A stretch of 64,000 nucleotides of DNA from Candidatus Poribacteria bacterium (GCA_965197475.1 CBDANF010000003.1:2304001-2368000), one strand, 5' to 3'. Shown: positions 42,805 to 52,002, numbered from the stretch's first letter. Translations and numbers: made by a program. Notes: generated by a model from the letters alone, not told the origin.

Positions 42805-43323
42805 GTGCATATCAAAACAATCACAAAATTTGCATTTATATTGTCTATTGCTGTTTTCGTTATGGGACTTTTCGGGTGTGAACGGACACCACAATTGCTT
42901 GAATCGGTAGACTCTTATACAGATGATCCAATTCCGATGGGAGAACGCGACCATGTTTGGGTTGTCGATCAGGACGGTGTTGAGATGCCTGTGCCGGGAA
43001 CATGGGTGTTGGTATCACATACACACTTAAATTCAACATCTACAATCGGTGAAAGTTTCACCTTACCTGCAGATCCGCAGCATAGTGTTGAGATATCGGA
43101 CGGAACATACGCAGACGGTGAAGGTATCCTTTGGACAAAGGTAAAAATAACAACCGCTGAGGGGGATAAGTGGCAATTCCTTGAACGTGTTGACACAAGC
43201 GTTTCGCCGCATCAACTACACGTTGTAGTCACAGTAGATGATGGCGGTTTGCCTACATTGGAATACGGTGAATATCCTTTTGATTTACCAAAACATAACG
43301 TACAAATCTGGGAGAAACAGTAA
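42805..43323 (+). CDS. Hypothetical lipoprotein
   Basis: Signal peptide ending LFGC, AAGGA RBS. Confidence 0.65.
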   Translation: MHIKTITKFAFILSIAVFVMGLFGCERTPQLLESVDSYTDDPIPMGERDHVWVVDQDGVEMPVPGTWVLVSHTHLNSTSTIGESFTLPADPQHSVEISDGTYADGEGILWTKVKITTAEGDKWQFLERVDTSVSPHQLHVVVTVDDGGLPTLEYGEYPFDLPKHNVQIWEKQ

Positions 43324-43341
43324 AATAGCGTCCATTAACCT

Positions 43342-44580
43342 ATGCACATACCGATGCTCTTCCGTTTTTCACTCTACGGATTCTTAAAAAATCAACGTTA
43401 CTACGATCCGTTTCTGATTTTAGCATTTCGTGAGAAAGGTTTATCCTTTTTTCAAATTGGTATTCTGATTGGATTTCGGGAGGTTTGCACCAACATCTTT
43501 GAGATTCCCTCTGGCGCGGTTGCGGACCTTTACGGTAGGCGGCGCGCTATGATTTTTTCGTTCGGTGCCTATATCGCCTCTTTCGCTACGTTCGCTGTGA
43601 GTAAATCACTGTTTCTGCTGTTCGGTGGTATGTTTTTCTTCGGCTTAGGTGATGCCTTTCGTAGCGGCACACACAAAGCGATGATTTTTGACTGGCTCCG
43701 TCTGCAAGGTAGATCTGACGAGAAAACAAAAATATACGGCTTTACACGTTCCTGGTCGCAGATGGGTTCGGCACTTTCTGTTCTCATCGCAGGAGTTTTA
43801 GTATTTTATCGTGGCAATTTCACAGACATCTTCTGGTTTTCAATCATACCATACTTGTTGAACATCGTTAACTTTCTCGGTTATCCAGCACAGTTAGATG
43901 GGGATAGACAGAGCGAGTTTTCCCTCAAAGCGGTTTCACGTTTGCTTGGCAGTGCGTTGAAACAGTCAGTGCAATTTCCACCCCTCCGCCGCTTAGTTTT
44001 TGAGGGAATGGGTTTTGAGGGGATGTATAAGGCGAGTAAGGACTTCCTCCAACCGATACTCAAACAGACAGCCATTGCATTGCCCTTTCTCATAACATTG
44101 GATGAATCAAAAAGGTCGGCACTGCTCGTAGGAGGTGTCTATTTTGTGCTTTATTTTCTATCGTCTTTTGCCTCACGCAATTCCCACCGAGTCTCAGATT
44201 GGCGGGGTGGAGACGAAGGTGCAGCACAGTTTATGTGGTGGATAGATTTAGCCCTTTTTGCTCTCTTGATTCCGGCACTTTGGTTCAAATTGTATCCGGC
44301 GATAATTGCGCTTTTTGTCGCATTGGCAATCCTTCAAAACTTCTGGAGACCTGGCTTGATAAGCCGTTTTAACGCGCAGTCCACACCAGAAATGAGTGCG
44401 ACGATCTTATCTATTGAGGCGCAATCCAAATCGTTGGCAACAATTGTTCTTGCACCACTGCTTGGCTGGTTGGTAGACCGAGTCGGAAACTTCTCGCCAG
44501 TGGGTATTGTTGGGGCGTGCATTGCAATAGCAATTCTTCTCGCCTACCACAGAGAATTGGAAGTAGATCCGAAAATATAA
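43342..44580 (+). CDS. MFS transporter
   Basis: About 12 TM segments and motif A (EIPSGAVADLYGRR). Confidence 0.9.
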   Translation: MHIPMLFRFSLYGFLKNQRYYDPFLILAFREKGLSFFQIGILIGFREVCTNIFEIPSGAVADLYGRRRAMIFSFGAYIASFATFAVSKSLFLLFGGMFFFGLGDAFRSGTHKAMIFDWLRLQGRSDEKTKIYGFTRSWSQMGSALSVLIAGVLVFYRGNFTDIFWFSIIPYLLNIVNFLGYPAQLDGDRQSEFSLKAVSRLLGSALKQSVQFPPLRRLVFEGMGFEGMYKASKDFLQPILKQTAIALPFLITLDESKRSALLVGGVYFVLYFLSSFASRNSHRVSDWRGGDEGAAQFMWWIDLALFALLIPALWFKLYPAIIALFVALAILQNFWRPGLISRFNAQSTPEMSATILSIEAQSKSLATIVLAPLLGWLVDRVGNFSPVGIVGACIAIAILLAYHRELEVDPKI

Positions 44581-44611
44581 TCCAGATTTATTGACTTAAT
44601 AGTAACCGACA

Positions 44612-45262
44612 ATGGAACAGCTATCCCTATTTCCCTTATTTGATCAACATTTTTTTCAACCTCAACCTACGCCGAAAAACGAGGAGGCGATCAATAAAAT
44701 CCGTGGGTTACGGTATATAGCAGACTATATCACGGAGTTCCAACATGATTGGTTGTTAGACCAGATTGACAAACAACATTGGCACTACTTTTCCAAGCGG
44801 CGCTATCAACATTACGGACCTACGTATGACCACAAAACGGGAAAGTTGAACCATGATAAACCAATGAGCAATTTACCGGAATGGTTGAAAAGACTTTGCC
44901 AAAAATTACACAAAGATGGACACATACCGGAGGTCCCAAATCAGGTGCTTATCAATGAATATGAACCTGGACAAGGCATTGGAGGACATATTGATAAAGA
45001 ACCCTGGTTTAAGGATACAATAATCGCTTTGAGTCTGGGATCGAGTTGTATTATGGAATTCACAAACCAATATGACAAAACGAAAAAAGTTCCGGTTTGG
45101 CTTGCGCAGCGAAGTATTGCTGTATTGAGGGAGGCGGCGAGATATACGTGGTTGCACGGTATTCCCTCCAGAAAATCGGATGTGTGGGATGGACGCAAGT
45201 TCCCGCGGCAGCGACGAATATCGCTAACGTTTAGACAAGCGATAATAGAATATAAAGGATGA
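44612..45262 (+). CDS. AlkB-family (ALKBH8-like) 2OG-Fe(II) dioxygenase, copy 1
   Basis: RR.QHYG, NEYEPGQGI.GHID, SLGS, HGI and RISLTFR. N-terminus MEQLSLF. Confidence 0.9.
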   Translation: MEQLSLFPLFDQHFFQPQPTPKNEEAINKIRGLRYIADYITEFQHDWLLDQIDKQHWHYFSKRRYQHYGPTYDHKTGKLNHDKPMSNLPEWLKRLCQKLHKDGHIPEVPNQVLINEYEPGQGIGGHIDKEPWFKDTIIALSLGSSCIMEFTNQYDKTKKVPVWLAQRSIAVLREAARYTWLHGIPSRKSDVWDGRKFPRQRRISLTFRQAIIEYKG

Positions 45263-45271
45263 CAAATTTCC

Positions 45272-45300
45272 TTGACGAACCTGATATTGTCACGTATAAT
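45272..45300 (+). promoter_or_regulatory. Sigma70-type promoter
   Basis: TTGACG-17 nt-TATAAT. Confidence 0.6.
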
Positions 45301-45375
45301 TTAAATTAACATGGCACGAGGTAAATTGCTGTAATCAAACGTTGTGATGCCTTTCCAAGAGTAAGATCCTAAAAC

Positions 45376-46287
45376 ATGTACTATATACACTGTCCACATG
45401 ACAACCATTATGAACTTGATGAGAACCTAAAGAATCTGTTTGAAGAGTTAGTAATACAACCATTTCAAGATGAATTACCGACCTTAGCGGAGGATATTAG
45501 AAATATAAAACCATTTTACTGGGAAGATATAGCACGGATTCTGAAGCAAGGGCAGAGCAATTTTGATAAAACATCGTTTGATGAGTCGTCTAATAAGTGG
45601 TATTTTCCAAAAGAAAAGGTGTTACTTTATTGTGCCCATTACATGTCTATGCACCTCTACAGTTCGTATCATATTTTTAAGAATCACCTTTCATCCGTAA
45701 GTGAAAGTGTCATATTTATTGACTTTGGTTGTGGCCCGTTAACTTCAGGTATTGCGTTTTGGGCTGCTACAAGACATAGCAACATCACTTATATTGGAAT
45801 TGACAAATCGGTTACAATGCGTAAGATGGCTGAGGAAATCAACCTACATGGACCCTATGGAACCTCCGGAAGTAGAGAACTTTTTTTTGGAGATGCTTAT
45901 CTGATTAGCGACTATAACATTGAGTTGCCAGAGTTATTGGATGAGATTATAGCTGGAACTTCTGTTGATACTTTGATTATATTTAACTTCTCCCATTTTC
46001 TTCAAAGTAAAACATTTGAAGATCTATCAAATAGCGACAACAATCTGTCAAACATCGAAATATTAGGCGAGCTACTTGAGGAATTAGCATGGAAGTACGA
46101 CAATAATAAAATATGTCTTGTATATCAGGATCCCAAGCGTGATAAATTTCAAAAAAGGTGGTATAACCTCAAATCTTGGGTTAATAAACCTGATTCTATA
46201 TTTGATTTATCAGGTTTTACGTGTAATGACCGCACGGAAAAGACGTTATTAAAGTATGAAACTGTATGGAAAAAGATAGACAAGTAA
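45376..46287 (+). CDS. Uncharacterised class I SAM-methyltransferase-like protein
   Basis: FIDFGCGP (motif I), YIGIDKS (motif II) and an upstream LYC..YM..H helix. AT-rich. Confidence 0.65.
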   Translation: MYYIHCPHDNHYELDENLKNLFEELVIQPFQDELPTLAEDIRNIKPFYWEDIARILKQGQSNFDKTSFDESSNKWYFPKEKVLLYCAHYMSMHLYSSYHIFKNHLSSVSESVIFIDFGCGPLTSGIAFWAATRHSNITYIGIDKSVTMRKMAEEINLHGPYGTSGSRELFFGDAYLISDYNIELPELLDEIIAGTSVDTLIIFNFSHFLQSKTFEDLSNSDNNLSNIEILGELLEELAWKYDNNKICLVYQDPKRDKFQKRWYNLKSWVNKPDSIFDLSGFTCNDRTEKTLLKYETVWKKIDK

Positions 46288-46366
46288 CTGTCTCTCATGA
46301 TAGTATTAACAACTTTTTTTACCTTGAGAATTATTCTGATAGGTAATTTTCAATGGAGCACAAACC

Positions 46367-47008
46367 ATGGAACAACTATCTCTTTTTTCCTTACCAGAAC
46401 AGCAAACTGATCAACCAGAACCCACTTCAATAAAGGATGCACCAATTGATGCAATCAGTGGGTTGCGGTATATAGAAAACTATATCACTGAATTCCAACA
46501 TGAGTGGTTATTAGCAGAGATTGACAAACAGGAGTGGCTCAACGACCTAAAGCGAAGGGTTCAACATTACGGTTTTAAGTACGATTACAAAGCGCGGAAA
46601 GTGAACTATGATATGCGTATTGGTGAGTTGCCGGGGTGGTTGAAAAGACTCAGTCACAAATTACATGAGGATGGACACATGCTGGAAGTAGCGGATCAAG
46701 TAATTGTCAATGAATACGAGCCAGGGCAAGGTATCGCGGGTCATATTGATTGTAAGCCTTGTTTTGAGAACACGATAATCTCCTTGAGTTTGGGATCAAG
46801 TTGTGTGATGGATTTCACATACAAAGATATTAAGGGAAAAAAGATATCGCACCTACTTGAACCAAGGAGCCTTATCGTTCTAAGTGGTGAAGCGCGAAAA
46901 AATTGGCTACACGGTATTGCTGCCAGAAAATCGGATGTGTGGGATGGTCAAAAACATGAACGGGGGCGGCGTGTATCGTTAACGTTTAGAAAAGTGATTA
47001 TAGAATGA
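46367..47008 (+). CDS. AlkB-family (ALKBH8-like) 2OG-Fe(II) dioxygenase, copy 2
   Basis: KRRVQHYG, NEYEPGQGIAGHID, HGI and RVSLTFRK. N-terminus MEQLSLF. Confidence 0.92.
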   Translation: MEQLSLFSLPEQQTDQPEPTSIKDAPIDAISGLRYIENYITEFQHEWLLAEIDKQEWLNDLKRRVQHYGFKYDYKARKVNYDMRIGELPGWLKRLSHKLHEDGHMLEVADQVIVNEYEPGQGIAGHIDCKPCFENTIISLSLGSSCVMDFTYKDIKGKKISHLLEPRSLIVLSGEARKNWLHGIAARKSDVWDGQKHERGRRVSLTFRKVIIE

Positions 47009-47075
47009 TACTGAAAATGCTTTGGTGGGAATGGAGGCACGGTCGTGAGACCGCGCCGTATATAACCGAGGGTAG

Positions 47076-47747
47076 TTAGAAACGTTCCGTCTTAACAGAT
47101 GCCCATTGCGTTGTCAATTTTTCTTTAGCATCAACGGGGAGCGGTTCGTCAAGCGTCAAATCATCTGCCGGTTCACCTTCAAAGAAACGGAAGTTATCAA
47201 GCCAGAAATCAACATCCGATTGCGCTATAGATAACCCCACCCACATGTCTCTGTTAACATCTGATGTTGGCGTAAAAGTGTAAGAATATTCTTCCCACTC
47301 TGGCCCTGTTAGATTAAAATTTTTACCTTGACCATGAAAGGTTGCCCATGGATCGCGTTGCTGCTGAATATTTATACTCACCTCTCGCGGTTCTTCAGCG
47401 CGCGCCCAGAAAATCAAAGTATACTGCTTGCTATTTTTCATTGAAACGTCCAACTGTTTAACCTTTGCGTGCCAAGCCATGTCGGTTGCTTTGACACCGA
47501 TAACTTTAAGACATTTGTCCCCGTGCTGCGGGTTGTTCGTGTCAATTTCCCACCGATACTCTCCACCCCGATCACAACACGTGCCATCCTCTAAGGTCCA
47601 AGCGGCTAAATCCTCTTCAAAACTATAGTTTTCAAGAAGTAGTTCGCCCTTCTCCCATTTTCCTAATTCTGGAACAGTACCTGCAAAGGCACTAAATCCT
47701 ATTAGCATAGTCATTAAGAATACATTTACAATAATAACTCTGTTCAC
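47076..47747 (-). CDS. Secreted carbohydrate-binding (CBM4/9-like) protein with Poribacteria-type C-terminal motif
   Basis: Signal peptide, LLENYSFE..W, YTLIFWARA and FWLDN. Tail PVDAKEKLTTQWASVK. Confidence 0.8.
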   Translation of the reverse strand: MNRVIIVNVFLMTMLIGFSAFAGTVPELGKWEKGELLLENYSFEEDLAAWTLEDGTCCDRGGEYRWEIDTNNPQHGDKCLKVIGVKATDMAWHAKVKQLDVSMKNSKQYTLIFWARAEEPREVSINIQQQRDPWATFHGQGKNFNLTGPEWEEYSYTFTPTSDVNRDMWVGLSIAQSDVDFWLDNFRFFEGEPADDLTLDEPLPVDAKEKLTTQWASVKTERF

Positions 47748-47791
47748 GTAAATTTCTCCTTTGCGCGCTTTGCAGGCGCGCCTTATATGAT

Positions 47792-49147
47792 CTGATATTT
47801 CTCAGAATGGTCTTGAACCTAATAATAATCAATAGAAACAAGGTATAGCACCATGAAAATGCGTTTTTGCTGTGTCCATTTTCCTTGACTTTTATAGCAT
47901 GAGATAGCATCCTAATTACAGATTTGAATATAAACAAACATTAGGAGGATATCTCATGCTAACTCAGCTTATCAAATCTACCACTTTTTTTCAAGAACTT
48001 CTATCTTCACAGTTTCGGACCTTGAAACAGCATTTTGTTCATACCTTAGTGTTTTTGTCAACCTGCCATCTGTTTGGGCTCACTAACCCGGATCAAGTGG
48101 CGGATGCGTTGTCTATTCCGAAAACGAGGCTATATCGGGAACTGAACACGATGAGTCTTTATCTCTGGCAGCATCTTTTTGTGCGTATCGGGTGTTCTAT
48201 TGCGTTAGAGGTGCTACAGGAGGCAGTATCAAAAAGTGCTGCTTCTCTATCGCGTCTGTGTATCGTCATCAGTGTGGATGATACCTTTGTTTTCCGCTAT
48301 GGAGAGGGTCTCGCCTACACATCCAATTGGTGGTCTTCTCAAGCAAAACAGCCGATGAAGGGGCAAAATATATTGGGGATCGTCCTAAAGATTGGAAAAC
48401 GGATCATTCCCCTGAATATGCGACTGATCAGCAAACAAGGACGCGGGAATACGGATAAACCCTCCTGTGTCATCACTATGTTCAAGGAAATCTTGTCTTT
48501 CTTTGAAGGGACCGGAATAGATATCCGAAACTATCCGGTCACCTTTGATTCATGGTATGGTAGCCGCCATTTGATTGACACCTTGCGAGAAATGGGATTT
48601 GAAACGATCCTTGTGCACGGAAAAAGCAACTATGTGATGACGATTGATGAAAAAAGGGCGAAACTCTCGGAACATAAAAAGTCGATCCAACTCCTCTCCA
48701 ATCAATGGGGGTGCGATAAACCGGTCTATCGGACTAAAGCCACAAGTCCAACTTTTGGAAAAGTAGTGGTGTTGTTCTTTGCAGACCGTGGCAAAGTCCG
48801 AACAATGCTCGTATTCGGGAAACCACTCCGTGCTTGTGAAATCCTGCGGATATGGTCTCAACACCACGGTATAGAACAGTATTGGCGGCATCTAAAAACA
48901 GACCTAAACCTCGCATCCATGAGCCTAAAAGGACGGAATGGCGCGTATGTGAACTTAGGTGTGAAAGTGATGAGCTACCTTTTGATACAGCAGGTCAGTC
49001 GCTCCGTGCGAAAAACCTTTCATCAAGGACAACTTGAACTTTCAGGACAGAGGCAGATGCTGTCTGATCTCAGCGAGCATTTTCATGAACAAATACCAAG
49101 AAAACATTGATAAACATTGACATATGAAGAATTTTGATAAATATCAG
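47792..49147 (+). mobile_element. IS4-clan (IS701/ISH3-like) insertion sequence
   Basis: TIRs CTGATATTTCTCAGAAT and ATTTTGATAAATATCAG (15/17 match). No TSD. Confidence 0.7.
47956..49110 (+). CDS. DDE transposase
   Basis: SVDDT, FDSWY and IEQYWRHLK. AGGAGG RBS. Confidence 0.88.
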   Translation: MLTQLIKSTTFFQELLSSQFRTLKQHFVHTLVFLSTCHLFGLTNPDQVADALSIPKTRLYRELNTMSLYLWQHLFVRIGCSIALEVLQEAVSKSAASLSRLCIVISVDDTFVFRYGEGLAYTSNWWSSQAKQPMKGQNILGIVLKIGKRIIPLNMRLISKQGRGNTDKPSCVITMFKEILSFFEGTGIDIRNYPVTFDSWYGSRHLIDTLREMGFETILVHGKSNYVMTIDEKRAKLSEHKKSIQLLSNQWGCDKPVYRTKATSPTFGKVVVLFFADRGKVRTMLVFGKPLRACEILRIWSQHHGIEQYWRHLKTDLNLASMSLKGRNGAYVNLGVKVMSYLLIQQVSRSVRKTFHQGQLELSGQRQMLSDLSEHFHEQIPRKH

Positions 49148-49273
49148 TAGGTATTCTCCGGGAACTAATTGTTTAACCCATTCTACAAACTGAATTAGCG
49201 TTGTAAAATGGGTTGTTTCATTTTCTGGCATGATATGTGCCCTATAATAAAAAATGAGTCTATCTTTAGTGGA

Positions 49274-49534
49274 CTATGAATGATGCTCTTTAAATTTCAA
49301 ATGTTTTCGATCATTGCCAATATCTACCCACATATCAAAAACCTTTGGAAGGAACTGCGTACCATCCAACTTGCGCCAAAAATACGTTTTTTCCAGTCGT
49401 CCCCGGATAAGTTTAGCATCAAATAAATATATTTCAATCTCTTCAACTGAATCACCTTCAATCATTTCAGGGTTTACTCGAATAGGTTTCGGATCGCCCG
49501 CTTGTATTCTTGCTTTACCATAATGATAATTCAT
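49274..49534 (-). CDS. Small hypothetical protein
   Basis: AGAGGA RBS and an upstream TTGACT..TACAAT promoter-like sequence on the minus strand. Confidence 0.55.
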   Translation of the reverse strand: MNYHYGKARIQAGDPKPIRVNPEMIEGDSVEEIEIYLFDAKLIRGRLEKTYFWRKLDGTQFLPKVFDMWVDIGNDRKHLKFKEHHS

Positions 49535-49689
49535 TGTTTCCTCTTCATTTTACTTTTATTGGATTTCGCAGTGTTCAGAATCAAGTTATTTTTCCTTTAG
49601 ATTACGAAATTCAGATAATGACAAAATTGTATCACAAAACTATACTAAAAGTCAAGTAGAAATCCAGCGATTTTTCAGTTCAAGCGTAC

Positions 49690-49723
49690 AAAAAATTGGG
49701 GACAGAGGAAAAACCTCTGTCCC
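49690..49723 (-). terminator. Intrinsic terminator
   Basis: 10-bp perfect stem GGGACAGAGG / CCTCTGTCCC, followed on the minus strand by CAATTTTTT. Confidence 0.7.
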
Positions 49724-49731
49724 GTCAGAAA

Positions 49732-49782
49732 GTGTGCGACACTTAGTGCCACACCAAAGGGCGTAACACTAAGTGCCACACC
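49732..49782. repeat. Two palindromic direct repeats ACACT(T/A)AGTGCCACACC
   Basis: Copies at 49732-49755 and 49761-49782. Confidence 0.8.
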
Positions 49783-49929
49783 TCCTCTGATTTGCTAACA
49801 TAACAAATACCTCCTTTTCCGCAATACAGCGGTAATAGGATACCATTATCAAAAAATGATAATGATTCACCTATACACATTTTCGGATGCACTTTTGGTT
49901 AGTATTGTCCAAAAAGTCGCAAAATAATT

Positions 49930-50751
49930 TTATTTTAAGAACTCTTGAAGTGTGGCATGCAGCCGTGAAGATGTAATCTGCTCCTCTATAGGGTTATCGT
50001 TTTCCCATTCGCTTCGTTCAATTCCCATCGTGTAAACGGGTACGTCTGCATCAGTGTAACTGAGGTATTGGAATCCCACTTTTTCAAAACATGTGAGTGC
50101 TGCACCGTTATCATGTGAAACCTGTAGAGTAATATGAACAGCGTTCAACTCTTCAAAAGCATAGTGGACAGCCTCAGTAAGTGCGTCTGTCCCGTAGCCG
50201 CGGGCGCGATAGTGAGGTCGAATGATTACGAACTCCACAACAACGATATCAGCGTTACATCGCAAGAGCATAAACCCAAGGAGCAGTCGTGTGATGCGCG
50301 TTTCAATCGAAAGGGCATGGGTTTCTGCGTTCTCCATCCAACGCCGCCAATCTTCTATAAAGGTTTCAAACGACACTTTTTGTGTATAGAGGATGTCCCT
50401 AATACCGGGAAGATTTATCCATCCCCAAATTCGGCGCACTTCATTCAGAGTTGTAGAACGGAGTCGAATTCCTCCGTCTTGGAGACGCTCCAATTTATGT
50501 AACTCAGTACGCAAATTTTCCAATTGCGTGGAATGTATGTCAACATGTGTTTCTGCTGCACGTATCTTTCGCGAATTGGGGCTTTCCAGGAATTGTGCTT
50601 GCTTCAGACGGTTCTGAAAATATCTTAGCTTCTGCTCAGTTCTATGAATAATCCGCTGCAACCCTTGAATAACATTTTTCCACTTCTCTGGATTAGCGTT
50701 TGCGTCGGCGTTCAATTCGGTTTTTTCGTTTTTTATCTGAGTTTCGCTCAT
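49930..50751 (-). CDS. GNAT (RimJ/RimL-like) acetyltransferase with N-terminal coiled coil
   Basis: RARGYG..AL..F..L and N.AA..FEKVGF. ATG 50751 follows AAGGAAG. Confidence 0.8.
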   Translation of the reverse strand: MSETQIKNEKTELNADANANPEKWKNVIQGLQRIIHRTEQKLRYFQNRLKQAQFLESPNSRKIRAAETHVDIHSTQLENLRTELHKLERLQDGGIRLRSTTLNEVRRIWGWINLPGIRDILYTQKVSFETFIEDWRRWMENAETHALSIETRITRLLLGFMLLRCNADIVVVEFVIIRPHYRARGYGTDALTEAVHYAFEELNAVHITLQVSHDNGAALTCFEKVGFQYLSYTDADVPVYTMGIERSEWENDNPIEEQITSSRLHATLQEFLK

Positions 50752-51697
50752 ATCTTCCTTCTGTGAATCCAGCGATACGGAGGTAACTCTCATATCTAAG
50801 TGAGCTGATGTCCCCTGTTTCAACTGCTCGTTTGACTGCACAGGTGGGTTCGTGGTGATGTGTACATGCAGCGAATTTACACTCTGGGATATAAGAACGC
50901 ATCTCTGGAAAGTGGATATCTAACCCTTGTTCATCGTCAATTTCAAGCAATCCGAGTGTTCGGATACCTGGTGTATCTGCAACAAACCCGCCGAATTCAA
51001 GCGGTAACAACATGACTTCCGTAGTTGTATGCTGACCCTTGTGAACGCGAGAGTCTACCTCACCTATGCACAATTGCAGTCCCGGTTGTAACGTATTCAG
51101 TAAGGAAGATTTTCCGACTCCGGATGAACCGACAATTGCTGAAATTCTATCCCGCATTACCTCGCGCAAATTGTCAATCCCAAAACCTGTCACTATGCTT
51201 GTATAAACAACTTTATACCCTAATTTTTCATATAACTTGAGTTCGCTTTGAACATTCTCCAATTTTGCCAAATCCATCTTGTTAATACAGATTACGGGGT
51301 CTATGTTTGAAGCTTCTGCGGTGACAAGAAACCGATCAAGCATCCGCAGTTTGAGTGTAGGGTGTCGTGCTGCAAAGATAATTAGCAGCATTTCAAGATT
51401 AGCCACAATAACTTGTCGCAAACCGTCCATGCGGATTCGCCCGAATTGGGTTTGCCGAGGTAGACATTCCTCAATGTACCCTGCCTTCACTGTGGATGCA
51501 GTAGAAATTCGGACTCGATCGCCTACAGCGACCAAATCAACGTATGGCATCTCTTTTGTTTCATTGAGGCGACGCTTTTCCGCTTCAATGAGGTGGTGGC
51601 GCAACGAACAGGTATAGCACAAGTTGCCAATCTGCACTTCGTAAGAACCACCACGCGCTTTTATTACAATGCCTTCCATAGCCATATAGTTTGCCAA
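50693..51697 (-). CDS. rsgA: Ribosome small subunit-dependent GTPase A
   Basis: VGDRV, NKMD, GSSGVGKSSL, GQHTT, DTPG and zinc finger CKF..C.H..EP.C. Confidence 0.95.
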   Translation of the reverse strand: MANYMAMEGIVIKARGGSYEVQIGNLCYTCSLRHHLIEAEKRRLNETKEMPYVDLVAVGDRVRISTASTVKAGYIEECLPRQTQFGRIRMDGLRQVIVANLEMLLIIFAARHPTLKLRMLDRFLVTAEASNIDPVICINKMDLAKLENVQSELKLYEKLGYKVVYTSIVTGFGIDNLREVMRDRISAIVGSSGVGKSSLLNTLQPGLQLCIGEVDSRVHKGQHTTTEVMLLPLEFGGFVADTPGIRTLGLLEIDDEQGLDIHFPEMRSYIPECKFAACTHHHEPTCAVKRAVETGDISSLRYESYLRIAGFTEGRYERNSDKKRKNRIERRRKR

Positions 51698-51705
51698 AAT
51701 AGGTG

Positions 51706-52002
51706 TTATGCCCCCGGATTCCGCCAGATAATACGCCCTCGTGTTAGGTCATAAGGGGAAAGTTCAACAGTAACCTGATCTCCTGGAAGCACCCAGATAT
51801 TGTGTCGCATCATTTTCCCACCAAGATATGCCACAACTTTGTGGTCATTCTCTGTCAGCTCCACAGCGAATAGGTTTCCTGGTAGAGATTCTAAAACTAA
51901 CCCAGGCACACGGATGGCTGGATCTTTTGTTGACTCCAAACTTTCTTCCATTTTGTCTTCTCTCATTTTGTTTTTATTTTTCATCTTTTTATTCCGTTTC
52001 AT
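51706..52002 (-). CDS. infA: Translation initiation factor IF-1 with N-terminal extension
   Basis: [35 protein letters not shown]. Confidence 0.92.
   Translation of the reverse strand: MKRNKKMKNKNKMREDKMEESLESTKDPAIRVPGLVLESLPGNLFAVELTENDHKVVAYLGGKMMRHNIWVLPGDQVTVELSPYDLTRGRIIWRNPGA

Noticed and set aside
49732-49782. CRISPR array or CIRCE operator
   Set aside because: Only two repeats with a ~5-nt gap and no cas genes. It does not match TTAGCACTC-N9-GAGTGCTAA.
49655-49801. TAG read-through giving CGT*C..CGTKC (pyrrolysine or Cys-rich peptide)
   Set aside because: The TAG/AAG difference is explained by the palindrome centre. The extended frame would run through the terminator, and no pyl genes are in the window.
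49844-49864. CATTATC-N7-GATAATG as a Fur box
   Set aside because: Half-site orientation and spacing differ from GATAATGATAATCATTATC. It may be another operator or hairpin, but this is unsupported.
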